Positions 18,768 to 28,448 of a stretch of DNA of 64,000 bases are shown here, in pieces. A program made the translations under genes and the position numbers. Source of the stretch: a virus. The notes beneath the pieces were generated by a model. It was given only the letters and a program-made list of their open reading frames with translations, was not told the DNA's origin and did not search any database. The stretch spans positions 1 to 64,000 of IMG/VR virus record IMGVR_UViG_3300045988_079296; one strand, 5' to 3'. Every line of letters begins with the position of its first letter. Position 1 is the stretch's first letter.

Positions 18768-20390
18768 TTATGCTTCAACGTAGAAGTCCAAAATATTACC
18801 AATAAAGAACGTCTTGTTCACTGGAACGTTCGGAGTAAAGTCATACGTTATAAAGTAGTCGCTATTCTTAGCAACAACTTTTACGTTCTTCCAATTGATA
18901 AGCAAGTTATCATTGCCAGGATATGCTACCAAACTTTGCAGCTTCGTCTCGGTAAAGTTCTTAACCGATTGAGGACTTGCTTGGGCTGCGGTCTGACCCG
19001 TAAACCTCGTTTGTCCTTCAATGATAAGTTCTTTGTTCAACTGCGCCTTGATAAGCTCAATAGAAAGCTCAAACGACTGTCCATCGTCAGCTATTGTTTT
19101 CTTGTTAGCCAGCAAGGTAGTGATACCCTGATTGACGCACCAATAACCAGCAACGTTCCGAACATGCATGATACCAGCTTGAAGAGCTTTGACACGCTCT
19201 CTCTTTTTGAGGTCGTAAACAAAACTTTGGTAACCAACTCTTTTGAACGTCAACGGAGTTTGAGCCGCCATACCTGCATTTAATCCTACGATAGCAGCCG
19301 CAAGATAAATGGTTGGCAAACGTTTCGTTCCGTTTTGGTCTTTCCTTGTAACCTCTGGAGCACCGTGAATACAAACTACTTGTCCAGAATTGAAATACTT
19401 CGCAATTGATTCGGAAGTATTTGAGTCTCCAAACAAATCGGTTTCATCTTCACCGCCTGGCACAACCATAAACTCGGTGTACTTAGCTTCCTGCTTCAAG
19501 AAGGTAAAAAGTTTACCATTCGTTGCGGCATTTACACCAGCTCCCGAAGCTGCATTGAGGTTTGTGCAAAGGAAGAAGGTTACTTCCAATTCTGAGATTG
19601 ATTCCAATACATCGGCATACTCCGTATTGCTCATGTACTCGGTTGTACCTCCCGTAGCAAGAACTTGCTCAACGGCTACCAATTCAGTCGCTCCGTCTCC
19701 AGTCATACTTACTACAAAATTAGCAAGCATCTGCTTATTGGTACTTGCCCAATCATAAAGCTCTTGAAGTGTAGTGCATTCGGGTGATTCAGCTATCTGA
19801 TTTGGAGTTGCTTGAGCAAGACTATATGCGCCATAGGCTTCTCCTGCATTATCAACTCCCATGAAAGAGCCTTTAAACACCTGCATAACGAATGTATCAG
19901 CAGTTTCCCCTGCGATAATCTTCGCTGCATAACCTACCTTCAAAACTCCGTCAACTGCTTGCCCGTTGCCCGCAATACCCTCGTTCTTACATTTCAAGTT
20001 CAGAGCGTTCCCTGAAGAAATAGTCATAAGGATATTTGCACATTTTGTAGTGGCGGCTCTCGTATAATAGAGCTTGGGCGCACCAACAGCTCCGTCAAGC
20101 GGAGTAAAGATTTTTTCAGCAATGTCTCCAACTAATCCACCGCCCATGAACGCCAAGAAGTCTTCATAATTCTCGAACTCATACACAGACTTTAAGCCTT
20201 GTGCAAGTTCTCCTTTTATTCCAGAACCTCCCGCAAATTCATAAGAGCCGTTGATGCTCAACCCTGTGTCAATTATCATTACGTTTCCGAACGTAGCGAC
20301 ATTAACGACAGAAGTTGGGTTGTAAACCGTTGCTGCGTAAGAACCTGGTTCAACATAGTCCTTACCATGAAAATTAACAACTGTTGCCAT
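18768..20390 (-). CDS. Contractile tail sheath protein
   Basis: 540 aa. The N-terminus (VEPGSYAATVYNPTS), the size and the position before the tube gene are typical of myovirus sheath proteins. Confidence 0.8.
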   Translation of the reverse strand: MATVVNFHGKDYVEPGSYAATVYNPTSVVNVATFGNVMIIDTGLSINGSYEFAGGSGIKGELAQGLKSVYEFENYEDFLAFMGGGLVGDIAEKIFTPLDGAVGAPKLYYTRAATTKCANILMTISSGNALNLKCKNEGIAGNGQAVDGVLKVGYAAKIIAGETADTFVMQVFKGSFMGVDNAGEAYGAYSLAQATPNQIAESPECTTLQELYDWASTNKQMLANFVVSMTGDGATELVAVEQVLATGGTTEYMSNTEYADVLESISELEVTFFLCTNLNAASGAGVNAATNGKLFTFLKQEAKYTEFMVVPGGEDETDLFGDSNTSESIAKYFNSGQVVCIHGAPEVTRKDQNGTKRLPTIYLAAAIVGLNAGMAAQTPLTFKRVGYQSFVYDLKKRERVKALQAGIMHVRNVAGYWCVNQGITTLLANKKTIADDGQSFELSIELIKAQLNKELIIEGQTRFTGQTAAQASPQSVKNFTETKLQSLVAYPGNDNLLINWKNVKVVAKNSDYFITYDFTPNVPVNKTFFIGNILDFYVEA

Positions 20391-20442
20391 CTTCTTTTGA
20401 ATTTAAAAATGTTTATTTCTGTTTTCTCAATATCTATAATTG

Positions 20443-21165
20443 TCAACTACCTCTTGGTGGTATCTCAACTGGCTCTGTTTCTCCGTAATAATCCAAAATA
20501 CGCATAGTCCAAAAGAACCTCTTTGCCACCTCGTCTTTTACAAGTTTCGGAACGGTTAATTCATATGTGAAGGAAATATTGAGAACCTTATGGAATATCG
20601 GTATTGGAACAAGGTCATCTTGCATCAATATGTCGTTTCCCGATAGCTTTGGTATTCTCAATCCAAGGAGTTCAAGATGAGGAACTACCATAAGCAAAAG
20701 ACTTTTAAGCAAAGAATAAACAACGTCCACTTCGGTTGAGTTTTCCGAAGTTATCATAATTTGATACGTTGAATCATACATTTGAGTGTACATCTGCTGG
20801 GTAGCTACCTTATTGCCTTGGTCGTCAAATTCCTCTTCGTCCATATATCCTTCATCCTCTCCGATAGCCGCATCACGTCCTTGCTCGGCTGGAAGGAGAA
20901 TGTGCAACGCAATTATCTTCGCCACCTCCAAATTATATCCGAAGTTTACCGATAGATTTTGTTGCGTCTCAAACATCTTCTTAGCTTGCTTGAAATAATT
21001 ATATTGGTTCATCTTCAAAGGTTTCCCCTCATCCGTTTCTCCCAATAGCTTATAAAGCAACGTTTGTTTTTCGTCAGTTTGGGTTTTCAAATCATCCCTC
21101 ACCAACTTTATAAGGCTTTCAAGTGTATCCTTGATAACTACTTGAGGAAGTAATATTGCGCTCAT
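20443..21165 (-). CDS. Hypothetical neck / tail-completion protein
   Basis: 240-aa ORF between the head and tail modules. Confidence 0.55.
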   Translation of the reverse strand: MSAILLPQVVIKDTLESLIKLVRDDLKTQTDEKQTLLYKLLGETDEGKPLKMNQYNYFKQAKKMFETQQNLSVNFGYNLEVAKIIALHILLPAEQGRDAAIGEDEGYMDEEEFDDQGNKVATQQMYTQMYDSTYQIMITSENSTEVDVVYSLLKSLLLMVVPHLELLGLRIPKLSGNDILMQDDLVPIPIFHKVLNISFTYELTVPKLVKDEVAKRFFWTMRILDYYGETEPVEIPPRGS

Positions 21166-21965
21166 AATATTGTTTCTAAATAAGTTGTAACTTCATTTTC
21201 AACCAACGTCTCTACATCCGTCTGTTGTACGGCTTCTTCGGCAAGATGTCTTGCGGCAAGTCCTTTATGTATCCAAGACAATGGGTCTGAATTAGCTCCT
21301 GCCCTTCGGAACGTTCCATATGTATTTTGGGTAGTCTTTCCGTATTGAGCGGTGCGCTTGCTTAATCCTTCGTAGATAGAATGACGGTGCTGATATTCTC
21401 CATATAGCACGTTTCCTGCTTCGTTTACAATGGCATCACGGCTCTTCGGTACATTATATGGTTCAGGTATCTCCGAAGCCGTTAAACCTTTGCCCGCTGC
21501 TCTTTTGCGAACAACGTCATAAACCTCTTGAGGCATCTGACCTGTAAAACCTGCTTGACCCAAAGTGCCTGGTGTACCGATACGGAAAGGAACTGTTAAG
21601 TACCAATCACCTCCTTTGTAAACTTGTTTCCCCTTCTTAGTATAAACGGGTATGGTGTATTTAACCTTTTGAGACTTCTTGAACCCCTCCTTCATATCAA
21701 ATGCCGAAGCTCCTTGCTCCAGCATATTCGGAAGTTCACCCGTCAAGACTATTTGTTTTGCAAATCTTCCCTTATCTACCAATATGAGGTGATTCAGGTA
21801 TTCGGGAAGAGTAGATTGTAAGCGTTGTTTTGCAAGAGCTTCCCAATTAGCATAGATTGCTGCCGCAACGGTTTGAACGCATTGCTCCGTTAGCATATCT
21901 ATTTGACTTGCCGCCAAACCGAATTGCTGACTTAACCCAGACAAATCTATGGTAATTGGTTTCAT
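21162..21965 (-). CDS. Hypothetical neck / head-tail connector protein
   Basis: 267-aa ORF with 4-nt overlaps on both sides. Confidence 0.55.
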   Translation of the reverse strand: MKPITIDLSGLSQQFGLAASQIDMLTEQCVQTVAAAIYANWEALAKQRLQSTLPEYLNHLILVDKGRFAKQIVLTGELPNMLEQGASAFDMKEGFKKSQKVKYTIPVYTKKGKQVYKGGDWYLTVPFRIGTPGTLGQAGFTGQMPQEVYDVVRKRAAGKGLTASEIPEPYNVPKSRDAIVNEAGNVLYGEYQHRHSIYEGLSKRTAQYGKTTQNTYGTFRRAGANSDPLSWIHKGLAARHLAEEAVQQTDVETLVENEVTTYLETIL

Positions 21966-22777
21966 AACTCTTCAACTGAATTGTCATATAATATCGCTCC
22001 GTATTTTTGTGCATCGAAGATATAATGAGCCTTCCTTGCTAAAGCATAATTCGGCATTGCGGTGAGCTGGTCGTCTCTAAAGCAACAATTCCCCTCTCTA
22101 ACTTTCATTAGCTCTCTATTAGCATCTACAATGTGGTAAACGGGATGATATGAATATCGTATTGTTACGCTCATCTGAACCGCATCCGTTGTATTAGCTT
22201 CTATGTATTCTTCAAGCGTTGGGTCAAATACTATTTTGTTACCGCTTATGGAATACATTTCGGCTGGTATCGGGAAGAGCTTTTGGTCATCGGAAGTAAA
22301 CAAGTAAATCTCCGTAACTTCCAACGGCTCATAAACTGGATAGGCTATCAATTCGCCTTCAAACATCGTTGGTCTTAATATCTCGGAGTAATACGCTTCC
22401 AATTCCATTAAGATAACTCTATCCATGAAGCCAAGTTTATCAACGGCTCTCGCTGTAATCTTTGCCATGCCTCGGTTTACCTCACTCCAATTCTCATAAC
22501 GCTTCTTGTTATCCATAGATTGAGCAATCAATCTTGTCTCCCGTCTATTAACGAAAAACCAACCTCTTCCCAAACAATTCTTACAAGTGGATAGAGCTTG
22601 GCCAGTTGATTTGTCAACGCAAGGGCATCGCAAGGCTCGGTCAATAAAAGCGTCATAACCTTGTGAGTATATAAGCTCATTAAAATCTTCCACCCTCCAA
22701 CGTGCTGCAGGGTCAGCAGGGGAAGGTGGGGTTTGAGCCGTAATAGGCATTTGTGTGATTATGCTCTTCTTTGCCAT
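21962..22777 (-). CDS. Hypothetical neck / head-completion protein
   Basis: 271-aa ORF in the connector block. It contains a CPC...CKNC cysteine pair. Confidence 0.55.
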   Translation of the reverse strand: MAKKSIITQMPITAQTPPSPADPAARWRVEDFNELIYSQGYDAFIDRALRCPCVDKSTGQALSTCKNCLGRGWFFVNRRETRLIAQSMDNKKRYENWSEVNRGMAKITARAVDKLGFMDRVILMELEAYYSEILRPTMFEGELIAYPVYEPLEVTEIYLFTSDDQKLFPIPAEMYSISGNKIVFDPTLEEYIEANTTDAVQMSVTIRYSYHPVYHIVDANRELMKVREGNCCFRDDQLTAMPNYALARKAHYIFDAQKYGAILYDNSVEEL

Positions 22778-22779
22778 AA

Positions 22780-23577
22780 TTATAACACTTCAAATGCTAT
22801 TCCACGGTATCTTGAAGTAAGCGTTGGAAGCTCGCTATTCATTTGGTCTTGATAGAGCTTAATGCGCCCTGCAAATAAACCTCCTTGCGCTGAACGGGAA
22901 AGAGGTGTAGTTTGGCTTACACCGTCCAAAGAAATATTTATGCTCGTCAATCCTACTCCGTAGATAATATCACCGATAATAGCAAGAACGTTTAATGCTG
23001 CGTATTTCGCTATGAAGTCAAGAAGGTCGGCTGGTATCTTATCCCAACCCGTAATATATCTTGTTCTCCAATAGTTTGGTATATAAGTTTGTCCGAACCA
23101 ACCAAGATGCGGACTGATACCGTTGTAGATTAAAGAGTTTTGCGTCATAGTCGCTCCCTCCTTACTACCCGTATTTGGAATCAAGTAGATATTGCGATAC
23201 ACCGCAACAGCTTCTACTTTCTTAATTGACAACCACTCTCTCGGATAGGTTATTTGACAAACATCGTTTATCCAACCTTCCAAGTTATCTATGTAGTCAA
23301 TAGGATACATTGTCTTGATATACCCCCAAGACATAAACTCTTGACGGATGAAGTCTCGGTTTTCGTATATAACCTGCTTGGTGAGTTTTATACTGAAAAG
23401 ATTTTCAACCTTAGTTTGGGCAGCTATAATAGCATTCTTTATACTCTCGGATGATACCTTTCTGCCATCCGTTGTACACATCGGAATACCAAACAAGTAA
23501 ATCTCGGATAACTCCGTTGGGCTCATTATGATGCCCTCATTCTTGTTGTATAATATTTTCAGCTTTAAACTCGGCAT
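22780..23577 (-). CDS. Hypothetical head-tail adaptor protein
   Basis: 265-aa ORF in the connector block. Confidence 0.55.
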   Translation of the reverse strand: MPSLKLKILYNKNEGIIMSPTELSEIYLFGIPMCTTDGRKVSSESIKNAIIAAQTKVENLFSIKLTKQVIYENRDFIRQEFMSWGYIKTMYPIDYIDNLEGWINDVCQITYPREWLSIKKVEAVAVYRNIYLIPNTGSKEGATMTQNSLIYNGISPHLGWFGQTYIPNYWRTRYITGWDKIPADLLDFIAKYAALNVLAIIGDIIYGVGLTSINISLDGVSQTTPLSRSAQGGLFAGRIKLYQDQMNSELPTLTSRYRGIAFEVL

Positions 23578-23598
23578 ATCAAGACAATGTTTGTTGGT

Positions 23599-24066
23599 TT
23601 ATTTTTCGCCTTCTGAACCTTCGGTTTCGTCCTCATCTTCTTCCTCTTCGTCATCCTCGTCCAACTCACCGTTTGCTACGGCTTCATCGTACTTCTTCAA
23701 GAGGTAAGCTGCCATAAGGTTTTTAGACTTGATTTTCTCCCATTCCTCTTCGGGCATTTCTCCCTCTTTGGCCATGGCTTGCATATCGGCAAGTTTGAGA
23801 GTTTTCAGATGAGCTTCAAATTTGTCACGGTCTGATGAACCTTCGGTTTCGTCCTCATCTTCTTCCTCTTCGTCATCCTCTGTATCGGTTACAGCAGGAG
23901 CTTTTGCCTTAGTAGCATACGCCCAATCGTTAGTGCCGTTTACCAATTGAACTGCACACTTCGCTGATACGTCCGCTATCCCGTTAGCATCAATATCAAT
24001 AACGCCATCTACGGGCACGCAGAGCTTCATAGAAGCCACCTTTGGATTTTTTGCTTTAATTTTCAT
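23599..24066 (-). CDS. Highly acidic head-associated protein with a duplicated EDDEEEEDEDETEGS tract
   Basis: 155-aa ORF just downstream of the capsid gene terminator. The central segment LKLADMQAMAKEG...KNLMAAYLLKK looks like a helix-extension-helix (SAP/Rho-N-like) motif. Confidence 0.7.
   Translation of the reverse strand: MKIKAKNPKVASMKLCVPVDGVIDIDANGIADVSAKCAVQLVNGTNDWAYATKAKAPAVTDTEDDEEEEDEDETEGSSDRDKFEAHLKTLKLADMQAMAKEGEMPEEEWEKIKSKNLMAAYLLKKYDEAVANGELDEDDEEEEDEDETEGSEGEK
23614..23658. repeat. 45-nt perfect direct repeat, copy 1
   Basis: The sequence tgaaccttcggtttcgtcctcatcttcttcctcttcgtcatcctc is identical to 23836-23880. Confidence 0.9.
23836..23880. repeat. 45-nt perfect direct repeat, copy 2
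   Basis: Identical to 23614-23658, 222 nt apart, in the same reading frame of the same gene. Confidence 0.9.
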
Positions 24067-24084
24067 TTCTGTTTACGATTTACG

Positions 24085-24115
24085 AAAAAAGGGATGGGGC
24101 ATTTGCACCCACCCC
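24085..24115 (-). terminator. Rho-independent terminator after the major capsid gene
   Basis: The minus-strand RNA GGGGUGGG..CCCAUCCC forms an 8-bp stem with one G-U pair, followed by UUUUUU (plus-strand A-run at 24085-24090). The wobble pair works only on the minus strand. Confidence 0.75.
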
Positions 24116-24139
24116 TATTCTCAATTAGACAATTTTTAG

Positions 24140-25639
24140 TTATTTAATGGTCTTGCCGATATTGATTAAGCGCACCATTTTCTTCGGAGCGTACAAGAAC
24201 GGAGTACCATACAGAAGTACCATGAAACGGAATGCAGGAGAAAGAACAGCCAAATCCATTTTCATAAGCGGAGCAAGCTGAGCGAACTCAACAACTTCGT
24301 TATCAAACTGAACAAGCATTGACTGGTCAGTATCGGGCAAGAAGCGGTTCATGTCTCGGATAGCCAAAGGAGCAGCACCGTCAAAGCCACGGCTCAGGTC
24401 ATCCAAGGATACATCGAACAACGGGAAGAATGGGCCAGTTGCAGCTCCACCAACCTTAGTTCTGTAGATACGGTACGCAGTTGCCTTGTTTACTCCGCCA
24501 CCATCGGTAAACTTCAGGTCAATAGCGCAGTTAGCAACGGCTGCTACGGCAGTTCCGTAAATAGATAACTCTGATTCACCGAAACGGTTGATAGCAGAAA
24601 CAGCGTAGTAAACATTACCAGCATCCTCTGCAAGCCATTTTGTACCAGCAATATTGCTTTGTACTGTTGCGGCAGCTGAACCGTCCCAAACGGGTTTGTT
24701 CGGAGCTTTCTGAGAGTTGGCTGCTGATGTGGAAGTTCTTGCCGGCAATTTCTTGAAGAACACGTCATGGTTCAAACCGATACGGCCAAACTGGCTATCA
24801 AACGCCTGAACTCTCTGACCCATGATACCGTCACTCAATGAAGGAGTATTCGGAACAATAAACTTGTTACCGTAGAAGTTCTTCACAAAGTTAGACAATA
24901 CAGCAGGTGGGCCATAAATCTGTGTTCCCAAACCGTAGTTCTCAACGATTGAGTTAGCTCCCGTTTCAATGGCATCTTCGGTAAGAGCCTGACCACGCAA
25001 GTCAACTACCATTTCTGAGTCCATATAGGCTGCATAAGATGGCCAAGCGTCAGACTGTTGCTGTTGAGCCAAGAAGCCGTTGAATTGTTCGGGGATGAGC
25101 TTTTCATTACCGAAGTACAAACCTTGATTCAATGTACGCAAAATCCAAAGCGTTCCATCTTTGATTGTACGTTCCATAACCGAACCAATCATCGTATTTA
25201 CAAGCGTCATCTGGTGAGTTACTGACTTGGTTACACCCAAGTACTTCACCAACTGCGCTCTACGTACAAAGATTGAATCTTCTTCTTCGGGCAGCTCCCC
25301 TTCTCTGTTCCAACCTCCACGGTTTTGACCGTAGCTTGTCTGTTGGTTGTACTCTTCTACGGTATTATACGCAGGTTTCTTGGGAAGGTCTTTCCACAAG
25401 CGAATATCGCTCTCACGGAAGGTGATATGCTTCAGAGTTTTCTCCAAAGATTCAACCTTCAACGGAGCACCCGACGCATCCGTCATGTTTTGGGTTTGCA
25501 TACCAGTAATTTGTTCCGCAGCAAGAGCCTTGTTGAGCTGGTCAACGTTTTCGGAACTTCCTTGACCGATATGATAACCATCCTGCTGAGCGGCATAGCC
25601 ATAGTCAGACAGGTTAATTGTTAATCTTTCAGGTGTCAT
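24140..25639 (-). CDS. Major capsid protein
   Basis: 499-aa ORF directly after the protease/scaffold gene and followed by a terminator. Size and position are typical of an HK97-fold capsid protein. Confidence 0.75.
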   Translation of the reverse strand: MTPERLTINLSDYGYAAQQDGYHIGQGSSENVDQLNKALAAEQITGMQTQNMTDASGAPLKVESLEKTLKHITFRESDIRLWKDLPKKPAYNTVEEYNQQTSYGQNRGGWNREGELPEEEDSIFVRRAQLVKYLGVTKSVTHQMTLVNTMIGSVMERTIKDGTLWILRTLNQGLYFGNEKLIPEQFNGFLAQQQQSDAWPSYAAYMDSEMVVDLRGQALTEDAIETGANSIVENYGLGTQIYGPPAVLSNFVKNFYGNKFIVPNTPSLSDGIMGQRVQAFDSQFGRIGLNHDVFFKKLPARTSTSAANSQKAPNKPVWDGSAAATVQSNIAGTKWLAEDAGNVYYAVSAINRFGESELSIYGTAVAAVANCAIDLKFTDGGGVNKATAYRIYRTKVGGAATGPFFPLFDVSLDDLSRGFDGAAPLAIRDMNRFLPDTDQSMLVQFDNEVVEFAQLAPLMKMDLAVLSPAFRFMVLLYGTPFLYAPKKMVRLINIGKTIK

Positions 25640-25662
25640 AATTTTCCTTTATATAAAATGGT

Positions 25663-27261
25663 TTATTTTACAATTTCATATCCCAACTCGTTTTTGATGC
25701 GAGATATAATGTTTGCCGGCAGACTTCCACTTGCCTCGAAAGTAGTACAAGCCTTGCTGAACTCTTCATCATACCCTTTTGCGAAGGTAGCTTGGTCAAG
25801 CAAATCGGCAATTACTTTCTTGTTTCCAAGAGGAATTTGGTTTTTGGCTAAACCTCTTCCACCGGCCTTAGTGATATCACTGTCTTCGGCTTTTGCGAAA
25901 GAACGTTCAACGCTCGCTACGCTACGATTTGACTTGAACCCTGGCACGGCTGAACCGTACTCTTCCAGCTTTTCCGATAGGATGCTGATGGTCTCGTCTT
26001 GAGCCTTAACAATGTCCAAAAGTTCTTCGTTCTTCGCAAGAACTTCCTCCGTTTTCTGAACGGAACTCTTTACCATAACTCCCAAAGCACGAATGAATTT
26101 TTCCTGATTTGCATAACCAGTGACAACGGCTTTTTCGATACGGTCAAAAGCATTAACGCCACCTTTCTTAACCTTCTTAGCTTTAGTGGTCATTTCCTCT
26201 TCTTCTCCGTCCTCATCATCATCGTCATCTTCTTCCTCGTCCTCCGCTTTGTTCATTGCTTCACGGTGGAGTTTAGCATCGCCCTTGATACCAGCAAGAC
26301 GTTCTTTGGTTTTGTCTTCACGCTCGTCAACCTCTTCTTCGTCTTCATAGTCGTCATCGTCTGCTTTCTTGGTCTTTGCCTTTTTAATAGGCTTCTTTGT
26401 GGTCTGCCCGCCATTAGCGGCACAGCCATCACCCTTCTGAATATCTTCAGAGGCTTCTACCTCAAGCCCAAGAGCTTCGTATGCCTTTGAGATGTCTTCA
26501 TCGGTGACTCTTCGTTTACCTTTCATATTAGCAACTTTTAACATTAATGAATAAATATTTTCAGCTTTCTCAATATCTATACCTGGAATGTCGTTGAATA
26601 GGATGTCAATAACCTCTGCTTTGGAGAAAGTTTGGTTTTTAATCTTCTTATCAACACTCTCTTTCTTGAGAGCTTTACCATTCTCAGTGTCCAAGGCTTC
26701 TTCAACTTCGTCCTCAAAATCTTCGTCAATTTCACCTTTAATGATATTTGCAAAAGTTTTTGGATTTTTAGGTTGATGAGTGATTGCTACTCCCGTAATA
26801 ATTGCCTTGATTATCTTCTTGTAATCGGGTGACTTCTTATCGTTGGATTTACGCTTAACAACCTTTCCTTCGATAGAATACCCCAACCGCCTTGTCTTTG
26901 AATCCTTCTCAAGAGTTTGAGCCAAATCCCAAACGTCTCTCGCTATTTGAGAGGATGGATAAAGGTCGGTTTCAATATAAAGTCCTTCTGGACGTATCTC
27001 GGCTTTGGAAGGCTCTCCGATAATCGTTGCGGGTTGCCCTTTTGCTTGATGGTGCCAATTTACCATACCGCTATTAACAAGCGGTTTTATATCAAACCCT
27101 TTCGGGTCAAGAAATTCACCGTCACTGTCTTCGTCTGAGGTGGAAGCAATACCTCCCAAACGCATTATCTCTTGACCAGTCTCAGGGTCAATGGCAGCTT
27201 TCTGAATATCCAAAGGACACCAGAAGGTAAATTTATCAACATTGCTCTTTTTTGTAGCCAT
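25663..27261 (-). CDS. Prohead protease fused to a scaffold-like acidic coiled-coil region
   Basis: The N-terminal ~170 aa resemble HK97-family prohead proteases (GGIASTSDEDSDGE, VNWHHQ, LGYSIEGKV). The rest is charged and helical with D/E runs. It lies immediately upstream of the capsid gene. Confidence 0.7.
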   Translation of the reverse strand: MATKKSNVDKFTFWCPLDIQKAAIDPETGQEIMRLGGIASTSDEDSDGEFLDPKGFDIKPLVNSGMVNWHHQAKGQPATIIGEPSKAEIRPEGLYIETDLYPSSQIARDVWDLAQTLEKDSKTRRLGYSIEGKVVKRKSNDKKSPDYKKIIKAIITGVAITHQPKNPKTFANIIKGEIDEDFEDEVEEALDTENGKALKKESVDKKIKNQTFSKAEVIDILFNDIPGIDIEKAENIYSLMLKVANMKGKRRVTDEDISKAYEALGLEVEASEDIQKGDGCAANGGQTTKKPIKKAKTKKADDDDYEDEEEVDEREDKTKERLAGIKGDAKLHREAMNKAEDEEEDDDDDEDGEEEEMTTKAKKVKKGGVNAFDRIEKAVVTGYANQEKFIRALGVMVKSSVQKTEEVLAKNEELLDIVKAQDETISILSEKLEEYGSAVPGFKSNRSVASVERSFAKAEDSDITKAGGRGLAKNQIPLGNKKVIADLLDQATFAKGYDEEFSKACTTFEASGSLPANIISRIKNELGYEIVK

Positions 27262-27265
27262 ACTT

Positions 27266-27302
27266 AAAATAAAAAGGTCAAAAGTTTTTGTACTCTTGAC
27301 CT
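27266..27302 (-). terminator. Rho-independent terminator after the lipoprotein gene
   Basis: 7-bp stem (aggtcaa at 27275-27281 pairs with ttgacct at 27296-27302), followed on the minus strand by TTTTTATTTT. Confidence 0.7.
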
Positions 27303-27340
27303 CTTTATAACTGCTGTTGTTGGATGCTCAACTCAAGCTC

Positions 27341-27658
27341 CTATTTTTCGTCCATCGTCCGTCTTATCCACCCGTAGAAGAATTTTTGGTTGCTTGGTTT
27401 ATTTTCCGTTATCCGTATGTAGTATTTGATTTTCTCAATCCTACGTGCATTTATGTACGTTTCGTATGGAACTGAATCTCGATAGAACTGTAATGATGTT
27501 TCAAGCATTATTATCTTATCCTCCAATTCCATTATCTTCGTACTATCCGTCACGTAAACGATTTCAGGCACTTGTACGGCACTTTCTCCTTCCTTCTTAA
27601 CCTCTTTACCTCCGCAGGAAGTAAATATGATTAGCATCAAAAATAATAGCTTTTTCAT
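27341..27658 (-). CDS. Lipoprotein (o-spanin-like candidate) downstream of the endolysin
   Basis: MKKLLFLMLIIFTSCGGKE is a signal peptide plus lipobox Cys. The start overlaps the endolysin stop by 4 nt. Confidence 0.7.
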   Translation of the reverse strand: MKKLLFLMLIIFTSCGGKEVKKEGESAVQVPEIVYVTDSTKIMELEDKIIMLETSLQFYRDSVPYETYINARRIEKIKYYIRITENKPSNQKFFYGWIRRTMDEK

Positions 27659-28068
27659 ACCACTGAATTTAATTTACTTAGCAACGCTTCACTCATCTTT
27701 CCCGTCTCGGTTAATCCCCACTGACGTTCGGATAACTTTATGGAAGTTGCCACGCCCATATTTACCCCAGTATCGTACATATCCTCAGCAACCTTTTGAT
27801 TATTGATTCTATCCCCCCACACTGGGTTCCAATAGTTGTTTTTATACAACTCCCGTTTCAACCGTTCCAGTTCAGGAGTAGAAAAGGATTGACCGTGCTT
27901 CTTATTAGGAATACCATCAATAATCTTCCAACCTGCCCAAGTCGGGTTTGCTACTCGGCTGATACCGCTCCAAGTTTCACCTCCAGCGTCACCTTCGGTC
28001 TTAGTCCAAATATTCTTGCCTTCAAACTTCTCCGTTCTTGCGAACGCTTCTTCAAAATTAGCCATCAC
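27655..28068 (-). CDS. Endolysin, glycoside hydrolase family 108-like
   Basis: FEEAFARTEKFEG...EGDAGGETWSGIS matches the GH108 N-terminal signature (EGG..D.GG.T..GI). 137 aa. Confidence 0.7.
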   Translation of the reverse strand: MMANFEEAFARTEKFEGKNIWTKTEGDAGGETWSGISRVANPTWAGWKIIDGIPNKKHGQSFSTPELERLKRELYKNNYWNPVWGDRINNQKVAEDMYDTGVNMGVATSIKLSERQWGLTETGKMSEALLSKLNSVV

Positions 28069-28448
28069 TTAATTGTTAATTGTGAAAAATCAATACAATC
28101 TTCGTTCATCCATCCTACAAGATAATCGGACTTTTTGGAATTTGAGAGCTTTTGAAAATCGCTCGGTTGCATCCCGTTCTTGTTAAGATAGGACTGAAAG
28201 CCGTCAACCATTAAGGCTATGCGGCTACCTTTCATAACAATGTCTTGTATATCTTTCGGAAGGTCTTCAATTTTCTCCGTTCCTTCGATAGCTTTGTGAA
28301 ACGCTTCGGACTGCCACGGTTCAAGCAACGGGAACTTCCCTTTGAACGGTATCAAGTCGCTCGGTTTCTTTAGGCTTACATATTTGTTCGCCCTACCAGC
28401 TACCACTGAAACTAATCTTTCTCTGTTCATAACTTTACTTTTTAACAA
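28065..28448 (-). CDS. Hypothetical protein
   Basis: 127-aa ORF overlapping both neighbours. No motif recognised. Confidence 0.55.
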   Translation of the reverse strand: MLKSKVMNRERLVSVVAGRANKYVSLKKPSDLIPFKGKFPLLEPWQSEAFHKAIEGTEKIEDLPKDIQDIVMKGSRIALMVDGFQSYLNKNGMQPSDFQKLSNSKKSDYLVGWMNEDCIDFSQLTIK

